Below, one piece after another: positions 18,984-30,004 of a DNA stretch of 64,000 nt. The notes under the pieces were generated by a model that was not told where the DNA came from, did no database searches, and saw only the letters and a list, made by a program, of their open reading frames with translations. The position numbers were made by a program, and so were the translations under genes. This stretch comes from a virus. Its lineage: Duplodnaviria > Caudoviricetes. The stretch lies in the IMG/VR virus record IMGVR_UViG_3300029305_005724, positions 1 to 64,000 of that record, one strand, 5' to 3'. Each line of letters begins with the position of its first letter. Positions within the stretch are counted from its first letter, which is position 1.

Positions 18984-20741
18984 GTGAGATTCTTGAACTT
19001 TGAACGAAGAGCCAAATACTCTGGTCAAGGATCTTCTGTTGTTAAATCTAATAAACAACTTGACATGAATCTTGATCTCAGAACCTTAGATATCATGTGT
19101 AAGTGTATTGTAAGCGATAATCAAACGATTAGACGTGGACAATTAGTAAACTTACGTAATCTGATATATTTGATAAAACCGGATAATTATATTAATGATT
19201 CGGAAAAATCAAAACGTATAGCTTTTATCAAAAAAGGCATAGAAGCTAGACTTCAATTTAATTTAACAGATCCATATATGATTATGTCTCATATAAACGG
19301 AGGCATAATTTCAGATGATGGAATCATAAATCTCGATGAATTTAAAGGACTTTCAAGTGCTGAAGTATCATGGATGAATAACATGGTTTCTGAAGCATTG
19401 AAGTACTCGCATGTATTTAATAATGTAGATATTCTTATGGACTTATGCTCAAGAATTCGTTCAGCTGATTATGGGTCCAAGGCCGAGATGGTTGCCGAAT
19501 TTGAGAAAGCCATCAACAATATTCAGAATGATTTTAGAAGGTCAAAGAATGAAAATCAAACTGAAGAAATGTTTAGTTTGCGTGATGGATACTTTGAAGA
19601 TATCATGTATGATACATATAATACTTTAAGCTCACCTAGACGTAAACTTGTAACTGGTATGCAAGGTATGAATGAACTTCTTGGTGGAGGATTTGAAAAT
19701 GGACGTTGTTATGTTTATTTTGGTCTTCCTGGAGAAGGTAAATCAACAATCATACTTAATATGATTTATCAGTTAAAGAAATATAATAAAGACTATAAAA
19801 CCAAAGATCCAACTAAAAGACCATGTGTTGTACTATTGACTATGGAAAATACTGTCACAGAGTCTGTAGAGAGATTGTTTGGAATGGCGACAAATAGAAA
19901 TACAATGACAGATCTTTCTCCTAAGGGAGCTATTGATATGCTTAGAGAAGAAGGTGAATTGTACTTGACTGATGAGTCGCCTATAGACTTGATTATAAAA
20001 TTCAAGCCATCAAACTCTGTCGATACAAGCTATTTGTATTCATTGACAGAAGATCTTGAGGATCAGGGTATGGAAGTTATTGCAATGTTTCAGGATTATA
20101 TTGGACGTATTCGTTCAACTGAAAGATTACAAGATACTCGTCTTGAATATGGAGCAATTGTAGATGAGTTTAAAACATTTGCAGAAATTAAAGATATTCC
20201 TGTAATTACAGTTGCTCAGCTTAATAGAGATGCATCGAAGCATATAGATGAAGGTAGAAAGGCTAGTAAGTCCGATCTTGTTAGATTGATTGGTCGTTCT
20301 AATATTAGTGAATCGATGCTTATCCTGAATAATATCGATGCCGGATTCCTGATTGCACCAGAAATTACTCAGAATGGGGAAAAGTTCCTTGGTGTACAAA
20401 GAATTAAGATAAGATATAATGCAGGAAATAGAGAGTTTGTATACTTACCATTTGCTTCAAATGCTTTAAAGCTTATGGAAGATTTTGGAGGAATTGCAAA
20501 CTTTAAAACTACAATGAGGCCTGAACAACCGTTTGGAAATATCGGAGGACTACCTCCTCAGTCTCAGTACCAGACTAATACGATTATGGATATGGGTCAA
20601 ATAATGAAATCTATTTCTAATGAATCAAATATTTTCTCTGCTAAAGTTATGAGTAGAGGAATTGAAGAATTAGAAGCAGATAAGAGTTATTCTGTGAACT
20701 TAATTGAGCCAATGATTTTCTATAATCGTAGTAGTTTATAA
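18984..20741 (+). CDS. dnaB: DnaB-family replicative helicase
   Basis: GLPGEGKS Walker A, LTMEN, DYIG, VAQLNR motifs. Confidence 0.9.
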   Translation: MRFLNFERRAKYSGQGSSVVKSNKQLDMNLDLRTLDIMCKCIVSDNQTIRRGQLVNLRNLIYLIKPDNYINDSEKSKRIAFIKKGIEARLQFNLTDPYMIMSHINGGIISDDGIINLDEFKGLSSAEVSWMNNMVSEALKYSHVFNNVDILMDLCSRIRSADYGSKAEMVAEFEKAINNIQNDFRRSKNENQTEEMFSLRDGYFEDIMYDTYNTLSSPRRKLVTGMQGMNELLGGGFENGRCYVYFGLPGEGKSTIILNMIYQLKKYNKDYKTKDPTKRPCVVLLTMENTVTESVERLFGMATNRNTMTDLSPKGAIDMLREEGELYLTDESPIDLIIKFKPSNSVDTSYLYSLTEDLEDQGMEVIAMFQDYIGRIRSTERLQDTRLEYGAIVDEFKTFAEIKDIPVITVAQLNRDASKHIDEGRKASKSDLVRLIGRSNISESMLILNNIDAGFLIAPEITQNGEKFLGVQRIKIRYNAGNREFVYLPFASNALKLMEDFGGIANFKTTMRPEQPFGNIGGLPPQSQYQTNTIMDMGQIMKSISNESNIFSAKVMSRGIEELEADKSYSVNLIEPMIFYNRSSL

Positions 20742-20837
20742 ATAGATAGGGATAGAGCTAGCAATAGCTCTATCCCGTTTATTTTAGGTATCTTGATGAA
20801 TCAAAATACCTGCAGACCTTTAAAAGGTTCTGTCCGT

Positions 20838-21254
20838 TTAATTATCCCATGTATCATTATATGATTCCATTGCTTCTCTTTCAGCATCATAAATATATCC
20901 CATGACAAGAGACATATATTCTTTAGAGAGCATCTTGATAACGGGTTTTGTAAATTCTTTCACATCGGCCATATCATTTAGAAGAAGAATTACATAATAA
21001 AGTTCTGGATTTCCATATACATCATAGCAAAGAAGTTTTGGCTTATAGAAATAGGCTTTTTGATCTTCTTCACTTAATTTTACAGAAACAGAAACATTGG
21101 ATAGCTCTTGGATATAGTCAGATACAGCATTCTTTATAGATACCCATGTTCCATTTTCCATCATATTTCTAAAAGACATATCAAAATAGGTTACATTTGT
21201 ATTTCTACCTGCATCGATAAAGTCTTCAATTGTTGTCGTATTTTGAGGTAGCAT
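20838..21254 (-). CDS. Baseplate wedge protein (T4 gp53-like LysM-type)
   Basis: YKPKLLCYDVYGNPELYYVILLLN motif. Confidence 0.65.
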   Translation of the reverse strand: MLPQNTTTIEDFIDAGRNTNVTYFDMSFRNMMENGTWVSIKNAVSDYIQELSNVSVSVKLSEEDQKAYFYKPKLLCYDVYGNPELYYVILLLNDMADVKEFTKPVIKMLSKEYMSLVMGYIYDAEREAMESYNDTWDN

Positions 21255-21403
21255 TGTATCAATCCTCCTTTAATTATTAATCTAATAATAACCATCTATT
21301 AAATGATTGTTCGAGGAATTAATTTGATTCTTTGAATTATTGTGGTTCTTGAGCCAGATAGAGCTCAAGAACTAAATTTTATTTTCGAAAGGAAATTATT
21401 ACT

Positions 21404-21907
21404 ATGAATGCAAAAGATAAGGAGATCAATCTCGCTATTATGAGAGAGATTGGCTTGGATATTGGACCCGATAATAGGGTTTATGATCAAGATAGCGGTA
21501 TGGCTATCCGCATTGATGGTGCTGATATTATGGCTCCTGGTGCAGCATATGGTCGTTCTACTGCAGAATTTGATCCTTTTAATAATAGAAAAATGATGAA
21601 CCAGCTCTTTGGATTCTTCCTAGAGAAGCATGCAGATGAGACTGGAGTTGATTGCAATAGCTTCTACTTAATTAATAAGAAAGCAGGGGCTGGACAAGTT
21701 GAATGTAAGTTTAGCGATTCAACAGTTTTAACTTCTGGGGTTTATGGCAGAGATAGTCTTAAGTATGCAGATATTATTATGCAGCTTAATGACAGCGAAG
21801 GAACTGTAGATCTCAGCGAGTATGATTATCCTCCTGAAAATACTGGCGTAAAAAGTAAAGGAGTGACTAAAAATGGCAGAAAAAAGAAAGTTTCCATTAA
21901 CAGATAA
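21404..21907 (+). CDS. Hypothetical protein
   Basis: ORF with RBS. Confidence 0.75.
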   Translation: MNAKDKEINLAIMREIGLDIGPDNRVYDQDSGMAIRIDGADIMAPGAAYGRSTAEFDPFNNRKMMNQLFGFFLEKHADETGVDCNSFYLINKKAGAGQVECKFSDSTVLTSGVYGRDSLKYADIIMQLNDSEGTVDLSEYDYPPENTGVKSKGVTKNGRKKKVSINR

Positions 21908-23090
21908 ACAGCAATTTATTGTAGATCAAGCTGTAAAGTGGTATCATAATTCATCTGAACAAGTATTTCAATTTGCTGGTAATCCTGGTACAGGAAAATC
22001 GGTCGTTATGGATGCTATTATAGATGCTATAGGTATTGATCGCGAGCGAGTTGCTCCCATGGCTTATGTGGGAGCAGCAGCGATTAATATGAGATTAAAA
22101 GGTCTTGAAAATGCTAAGACTATTCATTCTTGGATTTATGATATAGTAGAAAGACCAGTTTTTGATGGTACAGGTAAACCTGTTATAAATCCGTATTTCA
22201 ATAGACCTGAAGTGACATTCAAAAAGATTCCAAAAGAGCTTCCTGAGATAGATTTAATAGCTATTGATGAAGCAGGAACCGTTCCATATAGAATGCGAAA
22301 AGATATTCTATCTAGAGGTAAGAAAGTTTTGGTAGCTGGAGATCTGGATCAGCTTCCTCCTGTTGGAGATAATCCGGCATTTTTAGCTGATGGTCAAGTT
22401 TATGTGCTTGATGAAATTATGCGGCAGTACAAAGGTTCTGCCATAATCTATTTATGCCAAAGAGCAAAACTTGGGCTTCCCATACACACGGGAGTGTATG
22501 GGAATGAGGTCCTTGTTTTAGAAGAAAAAGATTTTGAACAAATTGCTCATAGAATACTTCCAGTTGCTGGAGTTGTACTGTGTGCAAAAAATGAAACACG
22601 AACTAAGTATACCGATTTTATTAGGTATCAAGTTCTTGGTAAAAAGAGTAAGATGCCAGACCAAGGTGAGAAACTAATTTGCAAGATTAATGACTGGAGA
22701 TTGTCTGCAGGCGGAATTAATCTCACAAATGGTTTAACTGGCCGCGTATTAAATAAACCCGATGTATCATCTTTTGATGGTAAGTGCTTTAAAATTGACT
22801 TTATGCCAGATTTGGGGCCAGAGCCATTTATAGATGTACCAGTAGATTATCAATTCTTTACTACTGACCCTGTAAAAAGAGCTGATATGAAGAATTTTAA
22901 TTATTGCTATGGAGAAGCTTTTGAATTTGGTTATGTTGAAACTGTGCATGTTGCACAGGGTTCTCAATGGAAAACTGGAGTTTATTTTGAAGAATTTATT
23001 CCTAGCAATACCCGTCAATTAAATTATACGGCTTTAAGCAGATTCTCCAATAAATGTATTTATGTGAAGAAGAATCGAAAGTATTATTAA
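21873..23090 (+). CDS. SF1 Dda/RecD-like DNA helicase
   Basis: GNPGTGKS, IDEAG, GDLDQLPPV, TVHVAQGSQW, YTALSR. Confidence 0.9.
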   Translation: MAEKRKFPLTDKQQFIVDQAVKWYHNSSEQVFQFAGNPGTGKSVVMDAIIDAIGIDRERVAPMAYVGAAAINMRLKGLENAKTIHSWIYDIVERPVFDGTGKPVINPYFNRPEVTFKKIPKELPEIDLIAIDEAGTVPYRMRKDILSRGKKVLVAGDLDQLPPVGDNPAFLADGQVYVLDEIMRQYKGSAIIYLCQRAKLGLPIHTGVYGNEVLVLEEKDFEQIAHRILPVAGVVLCAKNETRTKYTDFIRYQVLGKKSKMPDQGEKLICKINDWRLSAGGINLTNGLTGRVLNKPDVSSFDGKCFKIDFMPDLGPEPFIDVPVDYQFFTTDPVKRADMKNFNYCYGEAFEFGYVETVHVAQGSQWKTGVYFEEFIPSNTRQLNYTALSRFSNKCIYVKKNRKYY

Positions 23091-23102
23091 GGAGGTATAA
23101 TT

Positions 23103-23393
23103 ATGACAAAATATTCTGTAGCATATATTGATTCTGATAATGCTATTTTAATTCCATTATATGAGGACATAGAAAGTTCTGAAGAAGCTATCAAATTAGC
23201 TCAACTTGCTATGACAGATAATTACTATAATAGATATATTGTGGCTATATTCCCTTCAAATGATGGTTTGAAGAGGGGTACTGCCAAATATGAAGAGGCT
23301 AAAGAATTAGGCGAAAAATATAAAAGCGATGGCAAATATTCTTACTTGCTCAAACCAATGGATAACAGAGTAAAAATAAAGGTGGTGCATTAG
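23103..23393 (+). CDS. Hypothetical protein
   Basis: GGAGG RBS. Confidence 0.7.
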   Translation: MTKYSVAYIDSDNAILIPLYEDIESSEEAIKLAQLAMTDNYYNRYIVAIFPSNDGLKRGTAKYEEAKELGEKYKSDGKYSYLLKPMDNRVKIKVVH

Positions 23394-23394
23394 A

Positions 23395-23991
23395 ATGCCT
23401 AATGAAAATAAATTGATAGAGCCAATGATTTTTGATGAGGATAGAAATAAACAATCAGAAATTATTGTGCCTAATAGAGATGGATTAATTAATCCAATGG
23501 AATTCGATGTTCGTACAAAGAGCGTCGAAGAAAAAATATATATTATTCTATACAAAGTAGATCATATTGATGAGATGGATCAGATGTATAGAAATATTTA
23601 CGATATTTGTCTTGGTCGTACTGATGCTTATAATACTATTAAAGAAAAACTTGTATCAGGAGTTCCGATAGATATTCATCGCACTAAAATTATTACTGAG
23701 ACAAAACAGACAGAGACAGATTCTGGAGACAGGAAGTATTATTTACTTCCATACAATGAGTGCATTAGTTTATATGCATTTCTTTTAAGCATTCAGGATT
23801 TCTATAGTGAAGATAATTTCGATATTGAGGATTATAATACTACAGGAGTTCCAGAAGATGCTAAAGATGACATAGAGGATAAGCCTAACTATCTTACTCC
23901 TGAGCAAGTAGAATATAGGAAGATGCTCGAAGCCTCAATGCATCGTGATAAATTTCTTAATACAATGAAGAATGAAGGGACCAATATTTGA
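23395..23991 (+). CDS. Hypothetical protein with two N-terminal LI(E/N)PM(I/E)F motifs
   Basis: ORF in operon. Confidence 0.75.
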   Translation: MPNENKLIEPMIFDEDRNKQSEIIVPNRDGLINPMEFDVRTKSVEEKIYIILYKVDHIDEMDQMYRNIYDICLGRTDAYNTIKEKLVSGVPIDIHRTKIITETKQTETDSGDRKYYLLPYNECISLYAFLLSIQDFYSEDNFDIEDYNTTGVPEDAKDDIEDKPNYLTPEQVEYRKMLEASMHRDKFLNTMKNEGTNI

Positions 23992-24076
23992 TTTCAAGCA
24001 TATATCATATAATTGAAATCAAAATGAATGGTTTTAAAACAAAAATAAAATACAATTAGAAAGGAAAATAAATGTT

Positions 24077-24490
24077 ATGGCTCACAACAATAACAACAAG
24101 AAAAGAAAAGCCCCGAATAATCCGGACCCTATGAGTAATACTCGTACAATGGGTCGTGAGGGCATGAAGATTATTCACAACATTGCATTTGGAACGTATA
24201 ATATTTTTAATGACGGTCACGTCTTTAGGAATTTAACATTCGTAAATGCAACCATTGAAGAAGTTGATAAGCGTTTGAAAGATGCCGCTATCCACCTTCA
24301 AGCTATGCAATACGCTTATGGCCAGTCAACTGATCCTACGGTTAAAAATCTTTTGTTAAGGGATCAGAAGACTTTCGAAGCATATACACTTATACGTGAT
24401 GTACTTAGCAGAATTGCTATCTCTGGCGGAGATACTGGATTTCTGTATGTTTTGGCGTCCAACTTGCCAAAGTATAAGTACAACATTTAA
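24077..24490 (+). CDS. Hypothetical protein
   Basis: RBS, early-type promoter upstream, terminator downstream. Confidence 0.75.
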   Translation: MAHNNNNKKRKAPNNPDPMSNTRTMGREGMKIIHNIAFGTYNIFNDGHVFRNLTFVNATIEEVDKRLKDAAIHLQAMQYAYGQSTDPTVKNLLLRDQKTFEAYTLIRDVLSRIAISGGDTGFLYVLASNLPKYKYNI

Positions 24491-24581
24491 ATAAGATGTA
24501 TGAGAAATTAGCACAGGGCTCTCATAGTCCTGTGCTAATTCTTACTCAGCTCGTATTTTTATAATAGGAGGATTAATATAC

Positions 24582-26003
24582 ATGACACTTGACCAGGTTA
24601 AATTGATTCGCGATGCCTTGATGCAGCCTGCTACAAGACCTGATGGCAGAAAATCGTGTATCGGCGAATATTTAAAAATTGTTATCGATGATCAGACAGA
24701 TTTGGTAACAAGTAAAGACTGCATTTTCTGGGATGATGATAATAAGATCATTACTGCTGTTTGCATTAATGATGATATGAAGTCCCAGGCTGATTTCCCC
24801 ATTAAAGTTATTACTGCAGAATATGACAAAATTAATATGATTGAATCTATTCTTAGTGCTGTTAACTTTAAGACATTTATGGATAATGGATTTATCAAAA
24901 CTAGCGAAGAAAAGAAGAAATTTGCTATTGAAAACTTCCTCGGAAGTATTACAAATCAGGCTCAGCAGCCTATGGATGCAGAACCTCATTGGAATACAAA
25001 TCCTAAGACAATTCCTATGCATACTAGCAGAATTAAGAGAGAAGCTGTTGTTATTTCTGGTGCACAAACGGTTAGAGAGGATGGAACAATTGCTAATTAT
25101 AATTCTGTAGCCGAAGCTCTTAATGATCTTCATAATGGAGACGTTCTTACTATTGGAGAGGACGTAGTTCTCGATGCTCCAATTAATGTAGAACCTGATG
25201 TTTCTGCAACTATTAATTTGAATAAGCATGATATTGAAAGTTCTAGTAGTGAACCTTTGTTTACTGTCAATGCAGGATCCAAGCTTGAAATTGTCGGTTC
25301 TGGTAAAATTAAATCTTCTGGAAAGACTATTTCGGCAATTGGTGATGATGAGAAGCCGGCAGAGGTTATTATTGGTACAGGGGTTGCTATAGTATCAACT
25401 GATAATGTGGCACTATTTGTACGTAATAATGTTGACGTTACTGTAAATGGTATCGTACAGACTGAAACTGGTGCATTCGCAGCAATTCAAGGCAATGGTC
25501 TTGATCAGAGCAATAAGCTTAATCTTACAATCGACGGTGGCATAGTAATTAATGAACTTGACTGTGCTATTTACTGGCCCAACTCCGGAAAGCTTACAAT
25601 TAAAGGCAATTCCCAGATTATAGGTAATACTGCTATTTATATTAAGGCAGGTGAGCTTATAGTAGAGGATGATGCTTTTATTAGCGGTATTGGACCTGCT
25701 TCAGAGTATAAGCATAGCGCTAATGGTTGCTATTGCACCGGTGATGCTATCGTTGCCGATTACTGTGTATATCCTGGAGGCGTTCCCAGTATTCATCTTC
25801 ATGGAGGTACGATTACATCTGATAATGCTCTTGCATTTGCAGCATATGATAAAGATGGCAATCTTTGGCCCGAATCCGCAGCAGATAAGATTATTATCTC
25901 TGGCGGTAGCTATAATACTGAGGTACACGAGGACTATATTCTCCAAGGTTATGGAGTTATCGTTCATGAAACGACTGGCCTCAATAAAGTTATTGCACTT
26001 TAA
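24582..26003 (+). CDS. Protein with C-terminal beta-helix (pectin-lyase-like) repeats
   Basis: YNSVAEAL...INLNKH, repeated L.I.GG.I / AI motifs. Confidence 0.6.
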   Translation: MTLDQVKLIRDALMQPATRPDGRKSCIGEYLKIVIDDQTDLVTSKDCIFWDDDNKIITAVCINDDMKSQADFPIKVITAEYDKINMIESILSAVNFKTFMDNGFIKTSEEKKKFAIENFLGSITNQAQQPMDAEPHWNTNPKTIPMHTSRIKREAVVISGAQTVREDGTIANYNSVAEALNDLHNGDVLTIGEDVVLDAPINVEPDVSATINLNKHDIESSSSEPLFTVNAGSKLEIVGSGKIKSSGKTISAIGDDEKPAEVIIGTGVAIVSTDNVALFVRNNVDVTVNGIVQTETGAFAAIQGNGLDQSNKLNLTIDGGIVINELDCAIYWPNSGKLTIKGNSQIIGNTAIYIKAGELIVEDDAFISGIGPASEYKHSANGCYCTGDAIVADYCVYPGGVPSIHLHGGTITSDNALAFAAYDKDGNLWPESAADKIIISGGSYNTEVHEDYILQGYGVIVHETTGLNKVIAL

Positions 26004-26249
26004 AAACAAACTAACAAACAAGTACAGGTTGATTGACCTGTACTTGTTTCCGTTGCCAAAATATATTGTAAATTTTCACATAGCAAACTAAAAAATAACA
26101 ATATACTATATTGGTGACCTCGAGATACAGATATCAATTTTTGAGATTAGAATTTAATATCTAAGCAACTAAATTGTAATTGATTTGTTGATATGTGTAG
26201 ATCACAAAAATCAAAAAACAAAATAAATTTATTTTAGGAGGATTCCAAC

Positions 26250-27065
26250 ATGTTCAGCAACTACAACAACCCCCAGCAGTTCGGCTACGCCTATAGCGTT
26301 CCGCGTCCCATGGCTAAGAATACTCAGCCGCTGACTCCTGAGCAGATTGCAAAGCTCAGAAATGACAGCGCTGCGTTCGACATGAAGGTTTCGCAGGAAG
26401 ATCTTTGGGCAGCTGTCTGCACACACAAGGAAAAGAACGGACAGAGCACGCTTATCGCAGTTGACGATCAGGGCACTATGGAGTGCACGATTTGTCATGA
26501 GCGTTTCAAGATGTGTGATGCAACTCGTGAGGAAGTTGATAAGGCAGTTCAGACTCTTATCGACATGCTTCAGACCAGTAAGACCATTTACCTCGATGCT
26601 CCTGAAGAGCTGGTTCGTCAGTACTATCAGATGATTCCGCTCCTCAAGAAGTTCGCAGGTCTTTGGGATCATGCAATCAAGAACTTCGCTAAGTATGAGG
26701 GCTACGTACCTACCGGCGTAAATCCGATGGCTCCTGGCTACTCGGGCTTCCAGGCAATGCAGACCCTTCTTAGCAATCCTTACGGCGGCATGTATGGCGC
26801 TCCTGCTTATCAGCAGCCTGCAGCTCCTGCATACGCTTATCCCGCTGCTCCTGCAGCACCCTATGGTTATCCTGCCGCACCTGTAGCTCCTGGCTACGAT
26901 GCTTACAATAATCCGATGGCTTACGGCGCTCCCGGAGCCGTTCCTTCCGCACCTGCAGCGGCACCTGCACCTGGTATGATTCCTGGCGCTCCCGCTGTAG
27001 CACCCGCAGCTGCTCCTGCTACTCAGCAGGGCGAGGTTCAGCAGCAGCAGGTTTTCAACGTATAA
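26250..27065 (+). CDS. Zinc-binding protein with Pro/Ala/Tyr-rich low-complexity C-terminus; codon bias suggests high expression
   Basis: CTH...CTIC; (Y/A)PAAPAAPYG repeats; GC-richer C-ending codons. Confidence 0.75.
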   Translation: MFSNYNNPQQFGYAYSVPRPMAKNTQPLTPEQIAKLRNDSAAFDMKVSQEDLWAAVCTHKEKNGQSTLIAVDDQGTMECTICHERFKMCDATREEVDKAVQTLIDMLQTSKTIYLDAPEELVRQYYQMIPLLKKFAGLWDHAIKNFAKYEGYVPTGVNPMAPGYSGFQAMQTLLSNPYGGMYGAPAYQQPAAPAYAYPAAPAAPYGYPAAPVAPGYDAYNNPMAYGAPGAVPSAPAAAPAPGMIPGAPAVAPAAAPATQQGEVQQQQVFNV

Positions 27066-27289
27066 GTTGAACTTAGACTCGAAAGAGAGGTAGCATGAAT
27101 GTGCTACCTCTCTTTTAATTTAATTCAAATTATATTTTTCTTTTCATTTATATATTATAATCATGAAGTAATGAGAAAAATACATATATGAGAGGAAGGA
27201 TACTTCGATGCAATTTTAGCTCATTTTTCAAAAGAAGATAGATCTAAACTGCTCAATTAACAATGAATTAAAAGGAAGGTGATAAGTTT

Positions 27290-29887
27290 ATGAGTACAAA
27301 GAAAACCATTCCGGAAACTTTAAATGACTTTGAAGAAAGCATAAAGAATTATGGAAACAAAATTGAGCATATTGAAAGTTTTACAGAAGCTGTTCGCCGG
27401 TTTCCTGGCATGTATATAGGTGCTAAAGGAAATGTAGGTTGGAAGGCATGTATTCGTGAGATATTTCAAAATGCTGTGGATGAGGCTATTCGTAAAGAAT
27501 CTCCTTGTCATTTTGTAAGATTAGTCTTTGACGAAAGAGATCAATCTGCAACTATTGAAGATACTGGTCGTGGTATTCCTCATGATCAGATAATTACAAT
27601 TTATGCTAGTCAGCATACCAGTTCAAACTACTCTAAAAAACCTTATGAATATACATCAGGTGTTCATGGAGTAGGTTCTGGTGTTGCTATGGCATTATCA
27701 AGTTCTTTTGATATTAAATCTTACGTGCTTGGAAATGCAAGGCACGTTCATTTTTCTGCTGGAATCCCTTGGGCGGAGGGTGAAAAAGTGATCCCTTGTC
27801 CTGAAGGACGTCAAGGAACTTCTATCCATATGATCCCTGATATTTCAGTCTTGGATGAAATAAATCTTGCTTGTGAAGATATTTTAGATCTTGTTCTTAA
27901 AGTTTATCCTTTGATGAATATTGGGGATGAGATTGAATTTATCGGTTTTGACAAGAATGGAAATAAGAAATATTTTGAGCAATTAGTGAATAAAGATGGA
28001 ATTATTTCATCTTTAATGATTAGAACTCAGACTCCTCTTGTAAGCCCTATCTATTTTAAAGATGATACTGGCTACATGAAAGCTGAGATTGCATTCACTT
28101 ATGACTCTAGCGATTTAACGTCTGCTGAAGACATTGTCAGCTATGCTAACTTTACTCCCACTACGGGTGGAACGCATGTTGATGGATTCGTAGAAGGTAT
28201 TTGCAATTACCTACGAAACTACATGAATAAAATCTATCTAGGTGAGAAATCAAAGATTAGCATAATAAATAATGACATTAAAACTGGCTTAAAGGCCATT
28301 GTTAATGCTGCTCATTTGAATCCGGTGTTTGCCGGACAGTTTAAAGGCATACTTTCAAATGAAGATATGCAAAAATATATTAAGGATTTAACTGCTAAAT
28401 CCTTAGATGAGTGGGCAAAGACGAGTCCTGGTGATTTACAGAAAGTCTGTAAGTGCATCAAGGAGATTGCAGAGATCAGAGCGAAAAGCGATGATAGTAA
28501 GATCAAGCTATCTAATAATTATGAAGCTAGTGCATTAACAGGCAAACCTAAAAAATATGTAGCACCTTCTGGAAACAAAAACCTTGAATTGGTTATTGTT
28601 GAGGGTGACTCGGCTTTAGGTTCTGCTAAAAACAGTAGAGATGCAACATGCCAAGGAATCTTCCCTATTCGTGGTAAAGTGCCTAATGCATTTAAGACAA
28701 GTAGAGCTGCATTCCTAAGTAATCAAGAGATTGCATCGATTATTACAATTATCGGTGGTGGCTATGGAAAGAATTTTGATATATCTAAAGTTAAACTAGA
28801 TAAGATTATATTCTTGGCCGATGCAGACCCCGATGGAGCACACATTGCAACCCTACTTTTAAGATTCTTCTTAATGTATATGCCAGAGTTGATCTCGGCT
28901 GGTAAAGTTTATAGAGCAGTACCACCTCTCTTTGGTATTTCTACGAAGAATTCTACAAAGTATTTCACAACAAAACTCGATTTCACTAAGTATGTACAAA
29001 ATCTATTTGCCAATACCTATACACTTACAGATAGCTGTGGACGCAAACTTACAAATGCGGAAACTACGGCATTATTCTTTAAGAATATGGATTATAAAGA
29101 CATGATGGATTTTGTAGCCACAACATTTGCAGTAGATCCTGATATGCTGGAAACAGTTTTGTATTATCTTGCAAATTATGTGGAAATCGGTAATCCTGAA
29201 GCTGTAGCAGATATGGCGGCAAAAGCTAAAGTTATGGCTACAGCATCTAAAAAGAAAACAGCAGCAAGCACAGCAAAGAAACCTACTGCTAAAAAGGCAA
29301 CATCTGCCAAAACTACTAAAGAAGTAGAGAAATATTCTTCTGATGATGAAGATGGATTCAATTTTGATGAAGTTCCAGTTACAGAAGGTTCTTTGTCTAC
29401 GCGTATAGCTTATTATATTAAGCCGACATTCAGTATCAAGTCTTTGAATACTGAGCTTAAAAAGAAGTATAGATTTGTAAATATTATTGAAACCAATGGT
29501 GTTATTCGTATTGAAGGCCTAGTTAATCAAAAATATCAATATGTATTTATTAACGATAAATTCATTACAGCTTGCTTGCCATTGATTGAAATGATTAAAA
29601 ACAATGCAGATCTATATTATCAAGTCAATGGAGAAAAAGTTTCGATTTATTCTCTTATGTGCAGATTTGATGAGATGATTCCTTCTGGTTTGACTAGATA
29701 TAAGGGTCTTGGTGAACAGAATCCGGAACAGCTTGGAGTTTCAGCACTTCGTCCTGATGGAGATAGAACTCTTATTCGTTATACGATTGAGAGTGCTAAA
29801 GAAGAAATTGAGACATTCCGCCATATCGATAACGGCATGGCTTCATTGCTCAGAGAAGTTAGAATTACCAAAGCCGATATCGAATAA
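27290..29887 (+). CDS. gyrB: DNA gyrase / type IIA topoisomerase subunit B
   Basis: EIFQNAVDE, DTGRGIP, SGVHGVG, VEGDSA, PIRGK, DADPDG, RYKGLGE. Confidence 0.95.
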   Translation: MSTKKTIPETLNDFEESIKNYGNKIEHIESFTEAVRRFPGMYIGAKGNVGWKACIREIFQNAVDEAIRKESPCHFVRLVFDERDQSATIEDTGRGIPHDQIITIYASQHTSSNYSKKPYEYTSGVHGVGSGVAMALSSSFDIKSYVLGNARHVHFSAGIPWAEGEKVIPCPEGRQGTSIHMIPDISVLDEINLACEDILDLVLKVYPLMNIGDEIEFIGFDKNGNKKYFEQLVNKDGIISSLMIRTQTPLVSPIYFKDDTGYMKAEIAFTYDSSDLTSAEDIVSYANFTPTTGGTHVDGFVEGICNYLRNYMNKIYLGEKSKISIINNDIKTGLKAIVNAAHLNPVFAGQFKGILSNEDMQKYIKDLTAKSLDEWAKTSPGDLQKVCKCIKEIAEIRAKSDDSKIKLSNNYEASALTGKPKKYVAPSGNKNLELVIVEGDSALGSAKNSRDATCQGIFPIRGKVPNAFKTSRAAFLSNQEIASIITIIGGGYGKNFDISKVKLDKIIFLADADPDGAHIATLLLRFFLMYMPELISAGKVYRAVPPLFGISTKNSTKYFTTKLDFTKYVQNLFANTYTLTDSCGRKLTNAETTALFFKNMDYKDMMDFVATTFAVDPDMLETVLYYLANYVEIGNPEAVADMAAKAKVMATASKKKTAASTAKKPTAKKATSAKTTKEVEKYSSDDEDGFNFDEVPVTEGSLSTRIAYYIKPTFSIKSLNTELKKKYRFVNIIETNGVIRIEGLVNQKYQYVFINDKFITACLPLIEMIKNNADLYYQVNGEKVSIYSLMCRFDEMIPSGLTRYKGLGEQNPEQLGVSALRPDGDRTLIRYTIESAKEEIETFRHIDNGMASLLREVRITKADIE

Positions 29888-29947
29888 ATAGAAAGAAGAG
29901 AGGATTAATCCTCTCTTCTTTTTTTTGTAATTAGTCATAAAAATAAT

Positions 29948-29965
29948 CATATAATATATTTATGA
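29948..29965 (+). promoter_or_regulatory. Early-type promoter motif (ATAT(A/T/C)AT..., representative CATATAATATATTTATGA)
   Basis: Identical copy at 30497-30514; variants at 7632, 24000, 26100, 27150, 35558, 39186, 44362, 46751, 49200 and on the minus strand at ~7593-7610. Confidence 0.6.
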
Positions 29966-30004
29966 ATCAAGCAAATACTAAAATAAATAAAAAGGAGATT
30001 CATC

